Assembly (NCBI RefSeq): GCF_006345805.1
Contig: NC_043003.1
Coordinates: forward strand, 72,354,001-72,418,000
DNA from: Octopus sinensis
Lineage: Eukaryota
Direction of reading: 5' to 3'
DNA length: 64,000 nt
The notes beneath the pieces were generated by a model. That model worked only from the letters and a program-made list of their open reading frames with translations. It ran no database searches and was not told where the DNA came from. Below, one piece after another: positions 52,841 to 64,000 of this stretch (within the stretch, counting starts at the first letter, position 1; every line of letters begins with the position of its first letter). Made by a program: the position numbers and the translations under genes.

Positions 52841-53129
52841 TAGAGAGAGTCTATATATATACACATATAAATATATGTATGCATGGATATATATATATAT
52901 ATATATATATAGGGAGAGTTTATATATATTTATAGATGCAAGAATGTATGTATGTTTGTATGTATATATTTGTGTCATATTTCTACATTTATGTATTTAT
53001 GAATCTGAGTGCATGTGTGTGTATATGTGTATACTGCCTCTGTTATTACTAAATGATTGTAAATATGTATCATATGGGTGTCGTGTTTGGAGGTTCCAAT
53101 TTATACACCAAAAAGAAAAGAATCATGAG

Positions 53130-53169
<40 letters not shown>

Positions 53170-53323
53170 GTACATGTATATATATATATATATACATACA
53201 TATGTATATACATATATACATATATATATATACATATATATATACATACATATATACATAAATACATACATACACATATATAAATAACTATACATACATA
53301 CTACATGCGTGTGTGTGTGTGTG

Positions 53324-53380
<57 letters not shown>

Positions 53381-53959
53381 ATAGACAGTTCTACGATTTT
53401 TTTTTTGAATGTATGGATGTATAAATAAATATGCAAAACAAAATAATCATAAATATTCATGGATATACACACATTCACGTAAAACAACTCACTCATACAC
53501 ACACACACACACCACACACACACACACATATGTATATATATATATACTCTTGCTTCCCTTTTCTTTTTCTCCTTTGTTTATTTGTTCCTTTTTCTATATC
53601 TGTATTTCTTACTCATGTGTATATATATATACTCGCATGTATGTATTTGTGCATTTATATGCATGTGAATGTTTTATGTGAATTTGCGTTGTATTTGTGT
53701 GTGTTCGTGTGTACACACATATATATATACACACACACACACACACCACACTCATAAGCGCACACACACACACACACTCATAAGCGCACACACACACACA
53801 CACACCCACAGACATGCACATCTGTATATGTGTGTTCGTGATTACAGATTAACCGTAATATCTGTCTTAGTTTCAACCACCTCTACCTTCCTCTCCTCTC
53901 TATATTTTCTCCTCCCACTTTTCCACATGTCTATCTTTGCTTCCCTAGTTTATCCATCC

Positions 53960-54044
<85 letters not shown>

Positions 54045-54401
54045 GCTAGCTAGCTAGCTAGCTAGCTATCTGTCTATCTATCTATATATCTATCTATCTA
54101 TCTATCGATCGATCGATCGATCGATCGATCTATCTATCTGTCTATCTATCAAGCCATCTATCTAGCCATCCATCCACCTCTCTCTTTTGCCCTCTGTCTT
54201 TAGATATATACACACAAGCATACATACATACATACATACATACACACTCATGCTTACATACATATACACACATGCATACAGGCATATATGTATACAAACA
54301 TACATATTTCCGTATATTCATTTCAACCGTTTATTGGATATCCCTTTCTGCCCCTATCTCCCTCTCCCTCGCTCTCTCTCCCTCACGCACTCCCTCCCTC
54401 C

Positions 54402-54447
<46 letters not shown>

Positions 54448-54539
54448 ATATATATACATAGGCACACACGTACACCGATCCATTTATACATATATGCAAG
54501 TAGTACGTATATATATATCTTGTATATATATATATATCT

Positions 54540-54574
<35 letters not shown>

Positions 54575-54586
54575 TGTATATATATA

Positions 54587-54664
<78 letters not shown>

Positions 54665-56370
54665 ATTCATTCATTCTTTAGTGTTTAGGCTTTTTCCTTT
54701 CTTTTATGCTTGGTATTGTGACGTTGATATACCTCCATTCCGTCTTCTTCCTTTCGTACCAAAATCGTCCCAACATTACACTGTGTTCTTTATTTCTATT
54801 ACCTTTTACATCTCTCACAAATATATTCCGGCACACATCCATTCATATTTCGCGGATTTATTCTTCTATTCTACCATTTTTCCCTCATTCATTCTTATAA
54901 AACTAAACACATATTCCATTGATCTCTTCGTAAATTCATTTATTATTCGTTCATTATTCGCATCTTTCAAATCTTTTTGTTATCTTTCTGCAAGATTCGG
55001 TCATTCATATTTTGACATTCATTTAGTGTCATTTTAAGTGACATTCATACAGTGTCATTATTCCAATGTGAAAATACCTATTTCATTCATTCAGTCATTC
55101 AATTATACTTATTAACTAATGAATTTAGTCATTCATTCAAATTCATTCGTGCAATTATCCTAATGCCTTTCCTTCTTTTGTTTTTCCATTCATTCATTTC
55201 TACAGATATTTACCTTGATTGGTATATTCAATCTTAACTATACTTATTCTCTCATTTGTTTATTTACCTGTTCTCTTTTTCCTTCCAGTTTTCATTCTTT
55301 TATACATTATTTATTTCCTTTCCAATCCTATGCATTTATTCAATGGGTGCATTCAGTCTTATTCCTAATATCTTATCTTTCACTTATTCATCCAATTAAA
55401 GATTAACGAACGATATTGATACAGAATTAAGGAATACTAAAATGCACGAGTTAATTCTTCTTTCCTATTATTCCCGTTGCCCCATCACCACCCTTATATA
55501 TTCTTCTAGTATTTCATTTACACATTCTTTCATTCTTTACTATTTTTATTCATTCATTCATGTATCCATTCATTCATACCTTTTTTCTTCTTTCGTTCAT
55601 TCACTCATTCATTTTCTCCTTTCTCTTTCTCTTTCTCTTTCCTTCCCCCACCCGTTCTTTCTCCACCTACACCTCCGTCATCCATTGTTGTATGTTCGCC
55701 AACAATTCGATGTATGTTCGCCACCAACCCACCGACCAGCCACCCAACCAACCTACCACCGACTCACTCACCAACCAGCCTGCAAGCCAGCTACATCACC
55801 ACCTAACCAGCCAACAAATCAACTTCCACCTTAAAATACTTCACAGACTGTCATCATTTAAAGTGGAGACATGATGTCGGTGCTGGCGCTGATGATGAGG
55901 CACCTAACTGGATGTTTTTACAACCTTATCTCAAATTATGAATGTGAGTTCAATTCCTACCACCGACAGCTACTGATTTTTATTTCTACAAATAAGGTAG
56001 CCTCTACATGGTCACTGAACCTGTTAGAAATAGCAACTAATCCTCCGAGTTACACCTTACAGTCATAAAGAGTGAGTAAAGGGACACAGTGTATAATGTA
56101 GTCCTACGTACCATTTGACAAATGGTCAGAGTTGGACTGCTTCTTATCACTGGTTGATTCGGTCAGTGAGTACCTAATTAACTACCGTTTTCATTATTTT
56201 AACGTATTATATACATATATGCTTATCTGTTATGAGTATATGCAAGTATACTAGAATTTGCAGATGCATATATCTGTCGATCGATCAATCGATAGATGAA
56301 GATAGCTACTACTCTCTCTTTCTCTCTCTTCTCTCTCTTTCTCTCTCTTTCTCTCTCTCTCTCTCTCAAT

Positions 56371-56712
<342 letters not shown>

Positions 56713-56724
56713 ATATATATATAT

Positions 56725-57528
56725 AATAGTGTATAAAAGTTTATACACGGACAAGAGACCGCCATGTGGATTCCTTACATGCTAGAGAGGGCATGTACAA
56801 GCAACTTGCAATGTAAGAATATCTCTTTCGTCGTTTGGGTTTTCACTGCCCTCTCTAACGTGTAAGGAATCCACATGGTAGTCTTCTTTCCGTGTATAAA
56901 CTCTTATACACTATTGTATCATAAAATTATTAATGCTTTCTGACTTTTATTACGCATGCTAACCGCTGGTATGAATTATTAATTTAATAATTTTTACCCT
57001 ATATTTATATAGTTAAATATTTAAATTCTTCGGTTGGATAATATACGGAGAATTTATTCTCTGCCGTACTACTCTGACTCTGCATGTTGATTGGGGGTAT
57101 TCGATTAGGATTCTTGGCGTATAAAGATGAAGCTAAGTACGCACGTGTTTACTTTGTGTTTTCGGCACGTATTATATAGTTTCATAATTATGCGTTTAGC
57201 AGCGACCTTACTGACGAGCCACAGATGGTTAACCAATTAACTGATTGACTAATTGATTGATGTATTTGATCATTAATGATGAAACTCATGGGTATAGGGT
57301 TAACTGAGATTTTTATTAATTCAAGTGTTCTACAAGTAACGTGCAATGCAAGAATATCTCTTTCGTAGTTTGCGCTTTGACTGTCTTCTCTAGCATGTAA
57401 GGAATCCACATGGTGCTCTCCTCTCTGTATATATATACTATATTATAAAAATGTTTATGTCTTCTGACATTTATTACGCATGCTAACTACTGGTATTAAT
57501 TATTAATTTAATAATTTTAACCTGTATA
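56725..57528 (+). mobile_element. PLE pLTR insertion with inverted and partial-tandem repeats
   Basis: 56725-56793 is inverted at 56847-56915. 56796-57003 is repeated at 57331-57528. HHR at 57204-57301. Confidence 0.85.
57204..57301 (+). ncRNA. Type I hammerhead ribozyme with long loop II, partly decayed
   Basis: GACCTTA-CTGACGA-GCCA...TGAT-GAAA-CTCATGGG-TA-TAGGGTT. Confidence 0.72.
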
Positions 57529-57536
57529 TATGTAAT

Positions 57537-57960
57537 TGAATAAGATAAAGTCAACAAGAAGGAGTACGGTTAGACAGTTATTTAATAATCACTACACATA
57601 TTCCAATACAACATAGATCTTCATATATACAGGATTTAAATTATGCAACTAATGGGGACAGCAATTGTATATCACATGAAGAAATACAACTAGATCCCAT
57701 TATACAGGTAAACCGTTGCGTAATATAAATCCTGTATATATGAAGATATATGTTGTATCGAAACATGTGTAGTGATTATCAAATAACTGTCTAGCCATAC
57801 TCTTTCTTGTTAACTCTACCTTATTCAGTTTTAATTTTACACACAAAGAATGCCTAAACGTTGACTTGGAATAATATCATAATACTACCGGCTATTTGGT
57901 AATACTAAGGATAAATGTGCTCTATTTTGTCCTCTGCTACGTTCCTGGCGGAATACACCT
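57537..57960 (+). mobile_element. Truncated pLTR with inverted arm and the 3' half of an HHR
   Basis: 57537-57649 is inverted at 57715-57827. GAAACATGTGTA at 57760-57771. Confidence 0.65.
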
Positions 57961-57994
57961 TAAATAAATAAATAAATGTATATATATTTATATA

Positions 57995-58520
57995 TTTCTT
58001 TACTACCCACAAGAGGCTAAACATAGAGGGGACAAACAAGAACAGATAAAGGGATTAAGTCGATTATATCGACCCCGGTGCGAAATTGGTAGTCTATTTA
58101 TCGACCCCGAAAGGATGAAAGGCAAACACGACCTCGGCGGAATTTGAACTCAGAACGTAACGACAGAGTTCAAATTCCGCCGAGGTCGACTTTGCCTTAT
58201 ATATATGCCACACCGTCGGTTACAACGAGCATGGTTTCAGTTGATCCAAACAACGGAACAGTCTGCTTCTGAAATTAACGTGCAAATGGCTGCGCACTTC
58301 ACAGACACGTGTACCCTAAACGTAGTTCTCAGGAGGAATCAGCGTGACACAGAATGTGACAAGGCTGGTCCTTAGAAATACAGGTACAACTCATTTTACC
58401 AGCTGAGTAGAATGTAGCAATGTCAAATGAATTGTCTTGCTTAAGGACACAACGCTGGGAATTGAATTCACGACTTTACGATCGTGAACCGAATACCCTA
58501 ACCACAAAGCCACACGCTTT

Positions 58521-58566
<46 letters not shown>

Positions 58567-59163
58567 CGCACATACGACAGGCGCCTTTCAGTTACCGTCT
58601 ATCAAACCCACTCACAAGGCTTTTGATCGGCCCGTAGTATAGAGTAAAAGGCACTTGCTCAGTGGGACTGAGAACTGAACCCAGAACCATGTGGTTAGAA
58701 AACAAGCTTCTTACCACAGAGACACGCCTGCGCCTTATACACACACACACACACACATATACACCACTCCGTCGGTTACGAAGAGGAGGTTTCCAGGTGC
58801 AGGAGTGGCTGCTGTTTGGTAAGTAGCTTGCTTACCAACAACATGGCTCCGGGTTGAGCCCCACTGCGTGGCACCTTGGGCAAGTGTCTTCTACTATAGC
58901 CTCGGACCGACCAAATCCTTGTGAGTGGATTTGGTAGACGGAAACTGAATGAAGTCCGTCGTATATATATGAACCCTCACCATCGGTTAACAACCCATGT
59001 TGGCGTGTTTGCTTCTCCATAACTTAGTGGTTTGACAAAAAACACCGATAGAATAAGTACTAGACTTACAAAGAATAAGTCCTGGGATCGATTTTGTCGA
59101 CTAAAAGCGGTGCTCCAGCATGGCCACAGTCAAATGACTGAAACAAATAAAAGGATAAAAGAA
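57995..59163. mobile_element. SINE cluster: family C (57995-58198 -), D-like (58205-58520 -), A 5' half (58570-58735 -), A full length (58797-59163 +)
   Basis: Matches to the other copies in the window. Confidence 0.85.
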
Positions 59164-59334
59164 TATATACAGGGATGGCCAAAAGTCACCCGACAGTAAA
59201 TCAAAATCTCTTACATACTATCTGTAATTGACTCGAATGGAAAATATGTCGTTCAAGAAGGACTTCAGTTTGAACAATTTTCATGATGTTTGATATGCAG
59301 ATGCTTTTACTAAATTCATTCATTTGTAAACAGG

Positions 59335-61260
59335 GGCCCTGCCTACAAAATCTATGTAAGTCAAGCTTACAGTTCACAAATTTGTGATCCGTATAGCTTA
59401 CGATGTGAAATAGTGGGCAACTAACATTAATTCTATCTGCTCAGCTAATGAAAACTCTAAGACCCAATGCCGTTGGTCCACATTGGAGCATTCGGGTGAT
59501 CCGCGACTGATTAGGTTAACGAGGCATGGGTTCCCTTTTCTATCCGTAATCGAACCAACACAATCCACACGTGCATCGAGGATTTTGTTAAAGTCACCTA
59601 GTAACACTAACGTGCGCGACTATCAAGGAAGGGCTCTAGACGTCTGAAGCAGTCTGATTGACCCGTGTCATTTAGCGCATAGACAGCGACCAGTCTGAAA
59701 GCATTACCGTTACTATGCGTTAAATCAAATAACGACCAGCATATCCTGTGGGTCTACAAAGATTGTTCTGATCTCTAAGTTCATGTTTTTTTTCTAAATA
59801 AGACCGCAGTTCCCCCACCACCACCACCACCACCACCTTTGGACTAGCATGGAGATGCGTAAATTTCGTAACCTTCGAAGAGAGGACGGAAAGCCTGTGG
59901 TCTGGTCACTCTGGTTTCGCTGGTGACTATCACATCTAAATTCCATGACCTGAGATCATTTAGTAAGTAGCCTTGCTTCCAATTCGATCCCAGACCACGC
60001 ACATTCACACTGCAAGCTTGAGCGAAAGTGTGAAGAGAGAGAGAAAGAGTCTACTTACTTGGCGTTTTTTATGGTTGGGTGAAGGTCTATCCTCTCCTCC
60101 CTGTGTGGCTTGTGGGATGTCCTTGATTAAGTTAAGGTTCGAGCATTTAGTGAATGCTAATTGAAGAGTTCCAATGTCACCAGGGGCGCTTTCTTTTAAT
60201 TCAATATATGTATGGTTATAAATGTCAATGAATTGTACGCGGGTGTGAAAAGGGAGCGTTGAATGGGGTGATGCGGTGAATTTTACTTGCGCGTTCAACT
60301 ACTTGTCTGTTATTGGCGTTGCTGGCTGTGTGTTGATGATAGTGTCTTGTGATTGTGATGCTTGTATATGTGTGAGGTGTGTGCGTGCTGGGGGATGTGT
60401 ATCTGTGGGGCGGAGGGGAGTTAGGGAAGTGCTTTTACATTTTCTTTTTTTTTTGGCGACTTCCTTCCATTCTGAATCGTTTACATCTTTAGTGGGGTCA
60501 TCTTGGGTGTGTTGTAGATCCATTGCTTTGCTGTTACTGGTGGGAGTCTGGTCGTGAGTGATTTTTGCTCCCTTGGTTGCTTCTTTCACTTTTGCCGCTG
60601 GGGCTGGGCCTGTTGGGGATTTTTCGGTGACAGTTCTGTTGGCCTTAAGAATTAGCTGCAGGTGATCGTTTGGTGGTGGAGGGGAACCATTGTTGCGGAT
60701 TCTAGTAGGTAGGAGATCCTAATGTGACCCTTCTCCCCACATTTGTAGCATCTGGCTCTATGTCCCTCCACCATGACGCGTAACGCTGTTCCATCGGGCA
60801 GTTTTACGAGGTCCGAGATTTCTTCTAGGTCCTGTTGAGCTGCTTGGATCAGAATTTCCAGGCCTTGGTTGCTACCAGTTTTGTTGTAGCTTGGTGATTT
60901 TCAGTATTGTAATACTGCTTTCCAGATCCAGTAGGACAACCGCCACGAACCACACCACATCAATCTCTGGTGGGAACTCCCCTATTTTTATGTTTGATGT
61001 TCTTCTTCACAGGTACGTCGATAGCAGTACTAAATTAATTGATTTTAAAGTCACTGTGGAGTGTTCTTTTGCTTCACATATGTGGTTTTGCCCCATATGG
61101 GTTGTAGACATTTGTCAATGCTTTCTTTTGGAATGTGTTCGATTTTCATGGTTTTAAGTGACAGAGTTTTAAAGATTGTTTTCCTCATGGCTTGTTGCAT
61201 TATATCACACAAAGTTTTAATATTCTTGCTCACTTCCGCTGCTTACAGCAGTGCTTGGAA
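59335..61260 (-). mobile_element. L1/Tx1-like LINE 5' part: ORF1 with zinc knuckle and APE endonuclease, decayed
   Basis: RCYKCGEKGHIR (about 60720-60755), VNVRGL...LDVIVTSETR, FRLVAVYA and LLGDFN. Confidence 0.88.
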
Positions 61261-61264
61261 TGAA

Positions 61265-61470
61265 GGTATGTAGTGTGTGATCGTTGCATTGACCATGATA
61301 GAGAAAGGTGTCATGGCGATACCTGCTCAGAGGCCTACGCAAAGTTGCAGAAAGTGTTTGGAGAGGAGTCTATGAGCCGCACACAAGTGTACGAGGGGTT
61401 CAGAAGTTTCCAAGATGGCCGAAAAAATGTCGATTGTGACGAAGGTTCTCGGAGACATGCAACCAGCCTA
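61265..61470 (+). mobile_element. Mariner HTH fragment
   Basis: EAYAKLQKVFGEESMSRTQVYEGFRSFQDGR. Confidence 0.8.
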
Positions 61471-61664
61471 TTTATTGTATTTGTTGCATTCACCGCACGT
61501 ATTTATCAATAGTGAGAAATTTGCGGTTTTGGATTGTCAGCTTCTGTTTTTAGCAAGTGGTATTCTGATATCTTACTTTGTTCATATAATTATATATGTA
61601 TGTATATATGTCTGTCTGTCTGTCTGTATGTATGTATGTATGTATGTATGTATGTATGTATGGC

Positions 61665-62760
61665 GCCTCTTTTAATTGCTGTTTAAAGGAGAACTGGAAG
61701 AGGTATTTGGATGATTGCTTCATACTTTGGAAAGACAGCATGGACAAACTCCTTGATTTCAAAATAATGCTTAACAACATACACAGCAATATACAATTCA
61801 CTATGGTACACAACAGTAAACAACTCCCTTTTCTAGACATCTTAATTAAAATAGTTAACAACCACAAAGAAACAGACATCTTTTATAAACCTATAGATTC
61901 TAAACAATTCCTATTACTTAACTCTTGCCACCCAACACATAAAAATTAATATGCCTTTTAATCTAGCGAAAAGAATCTGTACCATAGTTTCGGATACGTA
62001 TACCCATGAACAAAGACTCCTTGAACTTAGATCAACACTAACTAAAAGACATTACCCAATCTCATTAATAAATGATGGCATTAAAAGAGCTAAGGAAATA
62101 GATATACAAATATTAAGGCAAGCCAGCCGAAATACTAAACCAGACTTTAAAATACTCCCGTACATTTCCACACACAACCCTAGAAACAACGAAGCCCACA
62201 AAATTATCACCGAAAATCTTCTCATCCTCAAAGAAGACAAAACAATGAACGAAATTTTAAGCTCATACAAAATTATAAAAAGCAAAATGCAACCGAAGTC
62301 GCTGAAAAAAATATCAGCCAGCTCAAGACTATATCCACTAACAACAGAACCAAAAGTGAACAAATGTGGTCGTCCTAACTGTGGAACATGCCCCCACCTT
62401 TTGGAGGGTTCAGAATTCTACTTCAAACAAGGAGAAATATTTAAGATCAAATCAAATTTCACCTGCGCCTCGGAAAATCTAATCTATGCCATGACATTGG
62501 ATGTGGTAACCACTACATTGGACAAACAGGAATATCAGTCCGTCGAAGAACCACCATCCACAAAGAACAAATCCGCCACCCACAATACAGACAGTTACTG
62601 GTTAGTGAACACATAGAAAGGTGTGCCAGGAATCTTAATCCTAATTTCCAAATCTTCCCCTTCTATCAATGTTCACAGAACACCTCAGTGCAACAAAGGT
62701 TGAATAAAGAGGCAATTTTAATCAATAAATAGCTTCCCCAACTAAATATAAATACACAAC
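61665..62760 (+). mobile_element. Penelope-like element (Neptune-like): RT C-half, Cys linker and GIY-YIG pseudogene
   Basis: RYLDDCF, IQFT, LPFLDI, TDIFYKP, SCHP, KCGRPNCGTC, FTCASENLIY and YIGQTG, with frameshifts and stops. Confidence 0.95.
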
Positions 62761-64000
62761 TTAATACAGAACACCACTAACCCTTCAATTAACACCACTA
62801 ACCCCTATACATTCCTTACACCATGCACATTACAATTCTATATGTAACATTCCAGAGCTACTTACAGTATGGTACACAGGATGCATGAGTGTATGTATGT
62901 GTGTGTGTGTGTGTGTGTATTTAGAATAAGAAAAGGGAGTTTTGCGAAATTCAGCTAATTGTTTATCTCGTCATTTTTCAAACTGGCAAAGTCAACAAAA
63001 CGGTTTTGTAACGGCGTTTGAGTAATAGGAACGCATTTCTGAAAAAGAAGCAGAGAGCGATCAAGAGGTGATGCGCGATGACTAACTAAAAACAGTTCTT
63101 TTTTATGAATATTGAAACCAACACTGAAGTGGATTATGATCTGTCCGGGTAGCCAGTCTTTAATTCCTGCTAAGATGTATTTTGTAAGACGCGGACATGA
63201 TGAAAAGATCTCGCTTTTGGTATTCATACAGCCCCTGAATTTTCTTAAATTCTTTAAAAGATCCAGTGGTTTACTCTGAACAATGAAGGAGAAGTGCTGA
63301 ACACGTGTTGCAGAAGATATAAGGATAAGGCTTTTCTTTTGAAATTAACTGAAGTTTATCTTGCGACGCTAGTTTCACGCCACTGCGATCTTCAGTTCGG
63401 ACGTGTTATTTCCTTGTGTACACGTCCAAAAACGTTTTCAAACCCTTTTGATCGTTTTCGAAAAGAAAATTCTACAGTGTATTGTCCTCTCTGTGTTCAG
63501 ACCTTCGTGGCTAATAAACAAATCTATCTTTAGAAGAAAACTATTACAATTCGGTATTGGTGGTGTATTTTTATCCTTTAATATGTGGGAGAAGGCCTAG
63601 TGCTTATGTTTGATCATTAATTAGCTTTACGTATTAATTAATTGTGTTTGTACCCTATTCATTGGTAATTCATGTTATTTCGTAATGTGGTGTTTTCATT
63701 TCATTTTGTAACGTAATATTTTGTAACGTGGTGTTTGTAAGTGTAGTTGAGAGGGTGTTATAAATTTGTTTCGAATTAGTGATTTTGGACGTTTTCTCTT
63801 GGTTGTGTACGCGTGTGTTTAAAGTTTTAAGTATATTGTCTTTTAGAAAGGGTGTCTATGGATGAGTTATGTGAAAAAGTCCTTAATGAAAGGTGATTTT
63901 CCCGAATGAGTGATTTTTGGAGATGTTTTGTGAGATATATGTAGGTCCGTATGTGTACATGTAGGTCTGTGTGTGTGTGTGAGTATGTGTATGTGTGTGT

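Noticed and set aside
63363-63400. Minus-strand CTGAAGA-TCGC-AGTG-GCGT-GAAA-CTAGC-GTC resembling an HHR core
   Set aside because: No stem I pairing and a U-U mismatch at the base of stem II.
62955-63600. Short ORFs after the PLE
   Set aside because: No recognisable domain. Probably an old repeat, but it cannot be assigned by eye.

Overview
AT-rich, microsatellite-saturated eukaryotic intergenic or intronic DNA. The SINE families and the (TA)n/(CA)n/(TACA)n load suggest an octopus or other cephalopod genome (inference). No intact host gene is recognisable, and almost all listed ORFs are translations of simple repeats. The window is a mosaic of decayed mobile elements: Tc1, mariner, maT-like and pogo DNA transposons, a Chapaev-like transposase, a Gypsy pol region with a probable LTR, RTE and L1/Tx1 LINE fragments, many tRNA-derived SINEs, and numerous Penelope-like element (PLE) pieces. 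The PLE-type terminal repeats carry at least seven recognisable type I hammerhead ribozyme (HHR) motifs from about six sequence families. The top observation is two elements with unrelated sequence (20692-20779 on +, 27971-28054 on -) that can fold into the same five-helix pseudoknot with helix order A B C D E B' D' C' E' A'. The fold holds the hammerhead core pieces in a scrambled, non-circularly permuted order. All RNA folds were derived by eye and none is tested.
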